From contig CAZPFP010000002.1 in the NCBI GenBank assembly GCA_964585895.1, positions 1-43,121 on the forward strand: a DNA stretch of 43,121 bases, given 5' to 3'. The notes under the pieces were generated by a model. It saw only the letters and a program-made list of their open reading frames with translations. It searched no databases and had not been told where the DNA came from. The translations under genes and the position numbers were made by a program. Positions 7,433 through 15,431 of this stretch are shown piece by piece; the stretch's first letter is position 1, and the number at the start of each line of letters is the position of its first letter. Origin of the DNA: an uncultured Gammaproteobacteria bacterium (lineage in GTDB: Bacteria; Patescibacteriota; Microgenomatia; PFEM01; JAHIFH01).

Positions 7433-8728
7433 TTACCGCCTCGGTTTGACTAAAAAACCGCTCAAATCTTTCCGGCCAATAATCATTGATGCCCGCAGAT
7501 TGGCTCTTTCGGCCACACTAGCAATTGTTTCAATTTTCCGACCGGCTAAATAGAAAGTTAAGCCAATCACCTCTCTTCTCTCTATTCCCAAGCCGCTTTT
7601 ATAAATCTTACTCCATAAAATATTATCTGGTTTTAAGAGGCCCAGCTCTCTGGCTAAATCCCGGTCAATTGAAGTGCGCCAAGCGCCGGTATCAACTTTC
7701 GCTCTCACCTCCACTCTTTTCTTATCAGCCGAACGAACCCTTACTGTTTCCCAAATCCTAATCGTCTTAATTCCCTCATCAGCCATGACTCTGTCTGCAA
7801 ATCTTTCCGCAAAAAGAGTTCTGCCAATCTTCACCCCATGCTCAGCGTCTTTCACTTCTAAACCGACCACCCGATTCAACCGCCCCTTTAAGGGTGAATG
7901 ATTAGCTTTTTGAATCTCCAGGCCCGGCTGGTTGTTGAGTTCTAAAATGACCGGACCATGCTTCTTGTCAAAGACAATGTCCACACCCAAATAGCCCAAC
8001 CAAGGCACCGCTTCTTGTGATTTGGCGGCGAGAAGCAAAATTGTATTCCAGTGAGGTAATTTCAAGCCATTCACCTTTCTTTTTGTCCCGGGAATATGCT
8101 TAATAAATTTATCCCTGTGGATACCGTAGGTGGTCACTCCGGTAGCAATGTCAACTCCCACCCCAATTGCTCCTTGATGAAGATTGGCTTTCCCTTTAGA
8201 CTGGGCCGTCGGTAAGCGAAGCATGGCCATCACCGGCACCTTGTTGAAAACAAGCACCCGGATATCAGGCGTGCCTTGAAAAGCATATTTTCGAAAAACT
8301 TTGGCAATCTTAATCCGTTCCTCAATCATTGCCTTATCAGGCAAATTATGAAGGCTATGGCGACCCGCCAAAATATCTAAAATCCGCAATTTAAGATCGG
8401 AGGTGTTAATAATCGAATCATCCATCAAATACCATTCGCCCGCAAATTTAGCCTTCTTTTTAATAATAACTATTCCTTCTCCTCCCAAACCGGAAACAGG
8501 CTTAAGAACAAAATTATCAGGCAAAGAAAGCCAGTTAAATTCTTCAACTTTTTTAGGGGTTTTAAAAACCGCTAGGAGTCCGGGAGTGGGCAAACCGGCC
8601 TTAGTCAAATACTTCTTCGTTAAGAGCTTAGAATTAGCAATTCGCCGCCCTTTCCTTTTATTCAGGGGCTTTAAATAATCCAGACTACGCGCGTTGACGC
8701 CTAAAATCTGATTGGATTTGGAAAACAT
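7433..8728 (-). CDS. Fusion protein: ATP-grasp ligase (alpha-L-glutamate-ligase-related type) plus a C-terminal retropepsin-like (RimB/DUF785-type) protease domain
   Basis: ORF track, 431 aa. Residues 1-300 carry FVLKPVSGLGGEGIVII, DIRVLVF, GKANLHQGAIGVGVD and LGVDIVFD..ILELNNQPGL. Residues 320-431 carry AKVDTGAWRTSID, with the DTG triplet encoded at 7685-7693 (checked by hand). Confidence 0.8.
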   Translation of the reverse strand: MFSKSNQILGVNARSLDYLKPLNKRKGRRIANSKLLTKKYLTKAGLPTPGLLAVFKTPKKVEEFNWLSLPDNFVLKPVSGLGGEGIVIIKKKAKFAGEWYLMDDSIINTSDLKLRILDILAGRHSLHNLPDKAMIEERIKIAKVFRKYAFQGTPDIRVLVFNKVPVMAMLRLPTAQSKGKANLHQGAIGVGVDIATGVTTYGIHRDKFIKHIPGTKRKVNGLKLPHWNTILLLAAKSQEAVPWLGYLGVDIVFDKKHGPVILELNNQPGLEIQKANHSPLKGRLNRVVGLEVKDAEHGVKIGRTLFAERFADRVMADEGIKTIRIWETVRVRSADKKRVEVRAKVDTGAWRTSIDRDLARELGLLKPDNILWSKIYKSGLGIERREVIGLTFYLAGRKIETIASVAERANLRASMIIGRKDLSGFLVKPRR

Positions 8729-8730
8729 AA

Positions 8731-9378
8731 CTATTTCAAAAGCTTTTTAAATCGTCTGTATTCGATCAGTCGAAGACCAGTAAACCTCCCCAGCCAAATA
8801 TCTAAAATAAGAGGCGTTAAAATCACCAGAAGAGGATAAGTTAAGGCTAATTCTCTCAGCCAATGGAAGCTGAAAATAAAATAACCGGCTAAAGCAATCA
8901 CTATCGTTTCCATGATTAAACGAGCCGCCTCACGCAATGACTTTCTGATTTGAACGGCGATAAATTCCTCGGCAAGTAAAATCAGAATAACAATCGGAAA
9001 AATGGAGACAACTCCCAATTGGCTCACTCCCAAGTAAGAGAAAATCACCATTAATCCTAAAATACCCAAAGTGATAAACCAAATGAAAAGAGCCATCCGA
9101 GGCAGATAATGAAGTCTTAATTTTCTTAAAATCCGACGGCTAAGGGTAGCAAGAACCAAAATCACCAGAAAAATTGAAATGCCGGTGATAATGCCCGTGG
9201 CTACAAAAGTGACCGCAATTAAAGTCGGAATTAAAATCCCAAACCCCCGGAAGCCAATTAAATGCCTGGCGGCGGCAACAATTGAAGCCACTAACGGCAA
9301 AAGGAGCAGTAAAACAATTGTTTCCTCCGAAATACCATTGGCAATCGCCTGAGCAATGACTGACTGAAAGATATTCAT
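8731..9378 (-). CDS. Seven-TM membrane protein, first gene of the ATP-grasp operon (resembles the 7TM module usually fused to an inactive transglutaminase)
   Basis: ORF track, 215 aa. I count seven hydrophobic helices by eye. There is a 2-nt gap to the ATP-grasp fusion gene. The family assignment is from memory of the ATP-grasp/7TM neighbourhoods and is not verified. Confidence 0.65.
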   Translation of the reverse strand: MNIFQSVIAQAIANGISEETIVLLLLLPLVASIVAAARHLIGFRGFGILIPTLIAVTFVATGIITGISIFLVILVLATLSRRILRKLRLHYLPRMALFIWFITLGILGLMVIFSYLGVSQLGVVSIFPIVILILLAEEFIAVQIRKSLREAARLIMETIVIALAGYFIFSFHWLRELALTYPLLVILTPLILDIWLGRFTGLRLIEYRRFKKLLK

Positions 9379-9462
9379 AAGTCTATTAAACTGCGCCTAT
9401 CGGCTTGTATAATTCTTGTAAGAGAATTATCGAGATACGCAGTACCGCTATATAATGGATAT

Positions 9463-9491
9463 ATTATACTAAAAAAAGGGTAAATCAACAA
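9463..9491 (-). promoter_or_regulatory. Candidate promoter of the ATP-grasp operon
   Basis: Minus strand: TTGTTG (9491-9486), a 17-nt spacer, then TATAAT (9468-9463). It lies about 85 nt upstream of the ATG at 9378. Confidence 0.4.
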
Positions 9492-9502
9492 AAAGAAGAC
9501 TT

Positions 9503-10285
9503 TTATTCAGCCAGCTCCGCGTCAATAATCATCTTGAAGTTGGCAAATGGCTGGGCGCCGACTAATTTCTGACCGTTAATAAAGAAGGTTGGTGTTCCGC
9601 TGACGCCAACGCTTTGCCCTAATTGGTAATTGTCCTCAATCACTTTTCCAAATTCATTATCTGCCAAACAGGAGCTAAACCCCTCACTATCTAAATTTAT
9701 CTCTGAGGCTAGTGTCTCCAGTAAACCTTCTAAATCTTCTGTTTCATAAAGGTCTGCCTGTTTTTCAAAAAGCAAATCATGGTATTGCCAATATTCGTCT
9801 TGCTCTCCAGCACAATAGGCTGCTTCAGCGATTTCTTTAGCCTTCTCTCCATGAACGGGAAAATCTCTAAAAATATAACGGGCTTTGCCTGTATCTACGT
9901 AGTCTCTAATTATTTGCTGATAAGTTTCTTCCTCATCTATTGGTCTTGATGGAACTGAATCAAAACCAACATATTCTGCACAATAAGGACATAAATACTC
10001 AGAAAATTCAACAATCGTGATAGGAGCGTCATCCTTGCCCTTTACCGCCACTGTTCCGGTTTCAATTTTAATAATCTGTTCCTCACCTAAAACTGCTCCT
10101 TGTTCCTGAGGCGCGGTTGGAGCAGAACTCGCTTGAGCTATCTTCTCTCCTTGCTCCCCTGTTTTTTCTCCCCCTAAATACTTAATCACAAACATCCCAG
10201 CCAAAAAGGCGACAATCACCGCCAGAGTAACTAAAATCGGGGTGGTATAAGTTCTTACTTTCTTTTCTTCTTTTTCTTCAGCCAT
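9503..10285 (-). CDS. Membrane-anchored DsbA-like thiol:disulfide oxidoreductase
   Basis: ORF track, 260 aa. It has an N-terminal TM helix, a Pro/Gln-rich linker and the thioredoxin-fold active site EYLCPYCAEY. Its start overlaps the ferredoxin stop by 1 nt. Confidence 0.8.
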   Translation of the reverse strand: MAEEKEEKKVRTYTTPILVTLAVIVAFLAGMFVIKYLGGEKTGEQGEKIAQASSAPTAPQEQGAVLGEEQIIKIETGTVAVKGKDDAPITIVEFSEYLCPYCAEYVGFDSVPSRPIDEEETYQQIIRDYVDTGKARYIFRDFPVHGEKAKEIAEAAYCAGEQDEYWQYHDLLFEKQADLYETEDLEGLLETLASEINLDSEGFSSCLADNEFGKVIEDNYQLGQSVGVSGTPTFFINGQKLVGAQPFANFKMIIDAELAE

Positions 10286-10470
10286 TATTTTGTGGATTTT
10301 ATTGCTTCAACCGGACAGGCATCAATCGCTTCCTTAATTTTCTCTTTCTTATCACCAGGAGGAGTAATGACTTCAGCTTTACCATCACTCGCCAGTTTGA
10401 AGGTCTTTGGAGCCAGCACCGTGCAGGTGCCGCAGCCAAGACATTTTTCTTTATTAATCTTAAGTTTCAT
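10285..10470 (-). CDS. Small single-cluster ferredoxin
   Basis: ORF track, 61 aa, with CLGCGTC...CPVEAI (CxxCxxC...CP). Confidence 0.8.
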   Translation of the reverse strand: MKLKINKEKCLGCGTCTVLAPKTFKLASDGKAEVITPPGDKKEKIKEAIDACPVEAIKSTK

Positions 10471-10487
10471 CGTCTAATTATACCTCA

Positions 10488-11219
10488 TCAAGTCTGTTCT
10501 TGCCAAGCCGCAAATAATTTCTCAAATTCCCCTTGATGCTCCCTTAAAAATTTATCCAAAGCTAAAGCGGGTTCAAACAAAAACCTCATAAGAGCCTCTC
10601 CTTCACCCACTTTGATTATTTCCTCACTCAGGGGAACTCGCCTCATAATGTTGTAATAAAGGGGTTGTCCCACTTCAGGAAAGTGACAAGAAAAAAGCCC
10701 TCCGTCAAGTCGATATCGCACCCTACTCATCACTTCTGAGAATCTTAGAGTTAAAACCTCTCTATCTAACTCTTCAACCAAGGGCACCAATGCTTCTGAT
10801 GGGACTTCATAAAAAAATTGTTTATCGTCATCGGGTCTAAAAGGCACCTCTCCTTTGAGAACTAGAAGTGTTTGCTTTTCTCCTGAAACATCCTTCACTC
10901 TTTTAGCTAAGGAATATCCTCCCTCTCCTTCTTTAATAAATCCTATTTTTCTACCAATACCCTCTAAATATGGCAAAGGTGCCGACCAATCTTCCATCTC
11001 AGAAAAAATCAAAGCGCTGCGACATCTGAAACTACCAACAAGACCATTCTTTCCAACCATTTTTAATACCAAATCCGCATCATAAGCATCGCTCATGTGC
11101 TTCAATTCAAACCATTCCACTGGATCTTCTCCAACGGCCAGCTTGATTAATTCTAATCCGGTTTTTAAAGGAATTGGTTCTTGTTCAACAGTTTTTCCTT
11201 CTTTAGAAGTTCTCTCCAC
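10488..11219 (-). CDS. Hypothetical acidic protein inside the redox gene run
   Basis: ORF track, 243 aa. A GTG start at 11219 is preceded by GGGAGGCGAGGAAAA (Shine-Dalgarno). I recognise no motif. Confidence 0.6.
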   Translation of the reverse strand: MERTSKEGKTVEQEPIPLKTGLELIKLAVGEDPVEWFELKHMSDAYDADLVLKMVGKNGLVGSFRCRSALIFSEMEDWSAPLPYLEGIGRKIGFIKEGEGGYSLAKRVKDVSGEKQTLLVLKGEVPFRPDDDKQFFYEVPSEALVPLVEELDREVLTLRFSEVMSRVRYRLDGGLFSCHFPEVGQPLYYNIMRRVPLSEEIIKVGEGEALMRFLFEPALALDKFLREHQGEFEKLFAAWQEQT

Positions 11220-11237
11220 TTTTCCTCGCCTCCCTTT

Positions 11238-11267
11238 TTTAAAAAAATTAAACTGCCTTCTGGGCAG
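11238..11267 (-). terminator. Candidate intrinsic terminator after trxB
   Basis: Minus strand: CTGCC-CAGAA-GGCAG hairpin (11253-11267), followed by TTTAATTTTTTT. Confidence 0.45.
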
Positions 11268-11299
11268 CTATCTCATTCTAAATTAAAACCCCATTAATG

Positions 11300-12250
11300 T
11301 CAACTCTGTTGACCCCAGGCAGGCGCCGGTATCGCTCCTTTGTGAAGATATTGGTAAACACTGGCGGCCGCTCGGGCGCCATCTGAAGCAGCAGTAATAA
11401 ACTGGCGAAAAAGAATCCCGCCCTGAATCGCGGCTAAATCACCGGCCGCAAAAACACCGGCAATATTAGTTTCCATAGTCGGCTTGACCTTCACGTAATT
11501 GCCTCCATCAAGCTCGACCTTTAATCCGGCCGCCAAAGTAAAAGAAGGCACTTGACCAATTTCAATAAAAACCCCGTCAACTTTAAGCGACTGATTGCCC
11601 TGATAAGAATTAGCCAGAATAATTTCCTCGACTTTCTCTTTCCCTTTTATCTCTTCAACCTGATTGGATAAGACTTCTTCTATTTTCTTCACTTTTCTCA
11701 CTTTCTCTACCCAACCAGGTTCGGCTCGAAACTCATCCCGACGGTGAATAATATAAACCTTTTGGGCAAAAGAAGCGGCATGAAGAGCGCCGGTCACGGC
11801 TGAATCGCCGCCGCCGGCAATAGCGACCACTTTATCCCGAAAAAGGGGAATATCACAGGTTGTACAATAAGAAACACCCTTGCCTAGAAACTTCTCCTCG
11901 CCGGGAATATTGAGGTGTCGATAAACCGCTCCCATGGCTAAAATTAAGGTTTTGGTTTGGAATTTCTCCTTGGTAGTTTTAACTTCAAAACCACCTTTGA
12001 TTTTGGCCAAACCGCCGACTTTATCCTGTTTAATCTTCACCCCAGATTGCTTCACCTGCTCAATAAGCTTTTGCATCAGTTCCGGTCCGGGAATAGAAAG
12101 ATAGCCCGGGTAATTCTCCACTCTTCCGGCAAGGGTCCCCTGCCCTCCGGGTATCTCGCCAATAACAAGATGGTTAATTTTATAACGGCTGGCATAAACC
12201 GAAGCGGTCATCCCCGCTATTCCAGCACCAACAATAATCAGGTCATTCAT
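11300..12250 (-). CDS. trxB: Thioredoxin-disulfide reductase
   Basis: ORF track, 316 aa. GAGIAG FAD motif, redox-active CTTC (GVSYCTTCD), a second dinucleotide motif GGGDSA and GVFAAGD. Confidence 0.9.
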   Translation of the reverse strand: MNDLIIVGAGIAGMTASVYASRYKINHLVIGEIPGGQGTLAGRVENYPGYLSIPGPELMQKLIEQVKQSGVKIKQDKVGGLAKIKGGFEVKTTKEKFQTKTLILAMGAVYRHLNIPGEEKFLGKGVSYCTTCDIPLFRDKVVAIAGGGDSAVTGALHAASFAQKVYIIHRRDEFRAEPGWVEKVRKVKKIEEVLSNQVEEIKGKEKVEEIILANSYQGNQSLKVDGVFIEIGQVPSFTLAAGLKVELDGGNYVKVKPTMETNIAGVFAAGDLAAIQGGILFRQFITAASDGARAAASVYQYLHKGAIPAPAWGQQS

Positions 12251-12568
12251 TTAAATTACTTCCTCAATTAACTTCTTATAGCCTTCTTTGCCCGGAAAAC
12301 CAATTTGCTTTTTAACTTCTTTACCGCCTTTAAAAATAATTACCGTCGGAATACTCATAATGCCAAAGTTCTGGGCTATTCTTGGGCTTTCATCAACATT
12401 GAGCTTGCCTGCTTTTATTTTCCCATCATATTCCTCAGCCAACTCTTCAATCGCTGGGCTTGCCATCAAACAAGGTTGACACCAAGGCGCCCAAAAATCA
12501 ACCAAAACCGGCAAATCTGCCTGCAAAACTTCCTTTTCAAAATTTTGGTCAGTTAAATCTAAAGCCAT
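12251..12568 (-). CDS. trxA: Thioredoxin (atypical WCQPC active site)
   Basis: ORF track, 105 aa, with FWAPWCQPC. It directly abuts trxB. Confidence 0.9.
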   Translation of the reverse strand: MALDLTDQNFEKEVLQADLPVLVDFWAPWCQPCLMASPAIEELAEEYDGKIKAGKLNVDESPRIAQNFGIMSIPTVIIFKGGKEVKKQIGFPGKEGYKKLIEEVI

Positions 12569-12681
12569 GAACTTTGAAACACAAAAAGAATGATAACCAA
12601 AGCCGCTAAAAGCAACAATAAAAGAAAGCTCTTTTTATCAGAGAAAATCTGAATTGTCTTGGCTTTTTTCTTTCTTGCCAT
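12559..12681 (-). CDS. Small (40 aa) single-pass membrane protein upstream of trxA
   Basis: Hand translation gives MARKKKAKTIQIFSDKKSFLLLLLLAALVIILFVFQSSWL. A strong Shine-Dalgarno GGAAGGAGGTGG lies 4 nt upstream. The stop overlaps the trxA start (ATGGCTTTAG). It falls below the ORF-track size cutoff. Confidence 0.5.
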   Translation of the reverse strand: MARKKKAKTIQIFSDKKSFLLLLLLAALVIILFVFQSSWL

Positions 12682-12745
12682 CTTACCACCTCCTTCCTTT
12701 TTCCATCTTACCCAAAACCGGCTATTTTTTCAATCGTTGGCTTTT

Positions 12746-12774
12746 TTGACCAAATGATACCCATAGTGTATAAT
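12746..12774 (+). promoter_or_regulatory. Sigma70-type promoter placing the TSS at or next to the ATG of the 12782 ORF (leaderless)
   Basis: TTGACC (12746-12751), a 17-nt spacer, TATAAT (12769-12774), then 7 nt and the ATG at 12782. Confidence 0.55.
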
Positions 12775-12781
12775 CAGCTCA

Positions 12782-13060
12782 ATGCGGGTAGAGATCCTAT
12801 CACAACTCTTCCAGGTCAGCGTTCATGCTACTGAGAATGACGCCCATTTCAGCTTATCATGCCCTCCTGATATTACCGAGCCGGAGATAACCAGGGCTAT
12901 AGTCGATCTAGTAGCAATAATTAAAAGAGGCGAAAAACCTTACGACCAACTAAATAAGAAACAAAGAAAAACCGCCGCTGATTTTATTGATAGAGTTGCC
13001 AAATCTCTTCTCGTTTCTCAATCAGCGATTAAGAGTCCCCTCGGTCCAAGAGCGAATTAA
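12782..13060 (+). CDS. Hypothetical 92-aa protein (the only plus-strand gene between nt 2916 and 38.7 kb)
   Basis: ORF track, with a consensus promoter directly upstream. No recognisable motif. Confidence 0.5.
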   Translation: MRVEILSQLFQVSVHATENDAHFSLSCPPDITEPEITRAIVDLVAIIKRGEKPYDQLNKKQRKTAADFIDRVAKSLLVSQSAIKSPLGPRAN

Positions 13061-13072
13061 TTTAAAAACTTT

Positions 13073-13834
13073 CTAGCTGGCCAACCAGCCCCCATCAATA
13101 TAAAGAACGAGGCCAATAATGTAATCGGCTTCATCAGAAGCTAAGAAAGTAACGGCGGCGGCCACGTCTTCAGGTTTACCAAATCTTCCTTTAGGAATAT
13201 GAGATAAAAAGTTCTTTTGGATATTAGGATCGGCAATAAAATCTCTCGTCATATCTGTTTCAATAATTCCTGGGGCGACGGCGTTAACGTTAATGCCTTT
13301 GGGCGCTAGTTCAGCGGCTAAATCCTCGGTCAGCCCGACCACTCCACCTTTAGAAGCCACATAACCCGCGGCCCGACCGAGCCCCACGCCGACACCGCCA
13401 GAAGCAATCGAAGCACTATTAATAATTTTTGCCCCTGACCCCATTAATTTGACTGCTTCTCTTGCGCATAAAAACTGTCCTTTGAGGTTTGTGTCCAAAA
13501 CTGTATCCCATTGCTCCTCGGTGGTTTGTTCTATTGAAACAGAAGAAGAGGCAATTCCCGCGTTATTGGCTAAAATATCCAGTTTCCCCCATTTTGCTTT
13601 TATTTCCGCAAACATTTTTGCGACACTTTGAGCATTTGAAACATCAGCCTGGACAGCAAAAGCTTCTCTACCTAGTTTTTTCACCTCCACCACCACCGCT
13701 TCCGCCTCCTCGGTTTTTGAATGATAATTGACGGCCACATCCGCCCCTTGTTTGGCTAAAGCCAAAGCAATGCCTCGACCAATGCCCCGGGAACCACCGG
13801 TAACCAAAGCTTTTTTACCTGTTAAGTCAAACAT
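13073..13834 (-). CDS. Short-chain dehydrogenase/reductase (FabG/glucose-dehydrogenase-like)
   Basis: ORF track, 253 aa, with TGGSRGIGRGIA, NNAG and YVASK (YxxxK). Confidence 0.9.
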   Translation of the reverse strand: MFDLTGKKALVTGGSRGIGRGIALALAKQGADVAVNYHSKTEEAEAVVVEVKKLGREAFAVQADVSNAQSVAKMFAEIKAKWGKLDILANNAGIASSSVSIEQTTEEQWDTVLDTNLKGQFLCAREAVKLMGSGAKIINSASIASGGVGVGLGRAAGYVASKGGVVGLTEDLAAELAPKGINVNAVAPGIIETDMTRDFIADPNIQKNFLSHIPKGRFGKPEDVAAAVTFLASDEADYIIGLVLYIDGGWLAS

Positions 13835-13853
13835 CTTATCACCTCCTATCTGT

Positions 13854-14405
13854 TTATATTAACAAAACATTTAAGCCAATAAAAACAAGCAGCATTAAAA
13901 TAACAAAAAATCTCTGCTGGTTAAAGGTAACTTCAGTCTTTACTTGCCAAAAAAGCCATTTTCGCAGATATTCCTCCCTTTCTCTACTAAATAAACACTC
14001 TATTTCATCTTTTAATAAATGAAGGGCCATCGCCATGACCAAGCCGGCCCCAAATAAACTGCCGGTAGAAGTCAAAATAAAAAAGCAAGCAATATAAAGA
14101 ATCGGCTGAAAAATGGCCGTGTGAAAGGAAAACTTGAATCGTTCCTCGTGAGTATCAACAAGCAAAATAAGGGCATCTTTGAAACGCCGCTGGTCTATTA
14201 GGCGCTTCACTCTCATACTGGTTAGTTCGTGGGGGTAAATGACCAGGGCATAAAGAAGGTGGTCAATATCAAGCAGAAATGTTCCCATTAAACCGCCCAA
14301 CCAAAGCAAGACTAAGTTCCAGTGCCAGTTCCAGCGCAGCAAGGTAATCAGAATTAGCCAAATAAGAGTGACTAAAAGATGGCTTCTTACTTCTTTTTTG
14401 AGCAT
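13854..14405 (-). CDS. Hypothetical membrane protein
   Basis: ORF track, 183 aa, with about five hydrophobic helices. It overlaps the upstream DUF72 gene by 19 nt. Confidence 0.55.
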   Translation of the reverse strand: MLKKEVRSHLLVTLIWLILITLLRWNWHWNLVLLWLGGLMGTFLLDIDHLLYALVIYPHELTSMRVKRLIDQRRFKDALILLVDTHEERFKFSFHTAIFQPILYIACFFILTSTGSLFGAGLVMAMALHLLKDEIECLFSREREEYLRKWLFWQVKTEVTFNQQRFFVILMLLVFIGLNVLLI

Positions 14406-15142
14406 AATTTTATCAAAGTTTGGGCATTTTCAACCGCATATCCAAGCGCGTCATTGTTAAAAAAGGCATAACAATCAATTCCTTTTTTCTGCCAATTCTT
14501 AATCTTTTTTACCCATTCTCTTAACTCTTTTTTAGTATAGCACGAAGAATAGAGCTGCGTCCTGCCATGGAAGCGAAGATAAACAAAATCAGTAGTGATT
14601 TCATCGGTAATGGGCCAGCTGGGGTTGTCCTGAAAAACAACCGCCGCCTTGTGTTTTTTAAGAAGTTTGTAAACCCCACCCATCAGCCAGCTTTCATCCC
14701 GAAATTCAAAGGCATGACGCCATTCCTTGGGAAGGAGCCTTAAAAATTCAGCTAATCTTTCAGGATTAGCTTTAAACCTTGGTGGTAGTTGCCAAAGAAC
14801 TACCCGATGAGGTCTGACCTCCCGAGAGGTCAGACCTCCTAAGGGTTCTGCTGCCTCGAAAAATCTCTTGAGCCGTTCTTGACAATCTTTTAACCTCTTA
14901 ATGTGAGTAATATAGCGACTACCTTTAACTGAAAAAACAAAATCCTTGCCGGCTCGCTTTCGCCAGCCTTGAAAAGTTTCTTTTTTGGGCAGGCGATAAA
15001 AAGAAACATTTAACTCCACTGTCTTGAAATACTGACAATAATATTCGAACCATTTTGTTGGTGATAAACCTTTGGGGTAAAAAACTCCTTTTCCCCAGTG
15101 AGGATAAGAAAAACCTGAAGTACCAATGAAAACCTTACCCAT
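14387..15142 (-). CDS. DUF72 (UPF0759) family protein
   Basis: ORF track, 251 aa. IGTSGFSYPHWGKGVFYP...TVELNVSFY is typical of DUF72. Confidence 0.8.
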   Translation of the reverse strand: MGKVFIGTSGFSYPHWGKGVFYPKGLSPTKWFEYYCQYFKTVELNVSFYRLPKKETFQGWRKRAGKDFVFSVKGSRYITHIKRLKDCQERLKRFFEAAEPLGGLTSREVRPHRVVLWQLPPRFKANPERLAEFLRLLPKEWRHAFEFRDESWLMGGVYKLLKKHKAAVVFQDNPSWPITDEITTDFVYLRFHGRTQLYSSCYTKKELREWVKKIKNWQKKGIDCYAFFNNDALGYAVENAQTLIKLCSKKK

Positions 15143-15152
15143 GTTTACCTCT

Positions 15153-15431
15153 CTATTTTATCTCAAACCCAGAAAACACACTGCTAGCTTTTCCCTTCTC
15201 CATTTCAACATTTTCAATCTTCGCCCCAGCTGAACCCTGCTTACATTTTTCAATCATTTTCTCAACCTTTTCTGTTGTTCCCTGAAAAACCGCCTCGACC
15301 CGCCCGTCAGCCAAATTCCCTACCCAACCTGTTAAACCAAGTTTTTTTGCCTGGCGTTGAGTCCACCAACGAAAAAAGACCCCTTGAACTCTGCCTTTTA
15401 TAAAAACATGGGCTTGGATTACATCTGACAT
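15153..15431 (-). CDS. acyP: Acylphosphatase
   Basis: ORF track, 92 aa, with GRVQGVFFRWW...GWVGNLADGRVE. Confidence 0.85.
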   Translation of the reverse strand: MSDVIQAHVFIKGRVQGVFFRWWTQRQAKKLGLTGWVGNLADGRVEAVFQGTTEKVEKMIEKCKQGSAGAKIENVEMEKGKASSVFSGFEIK

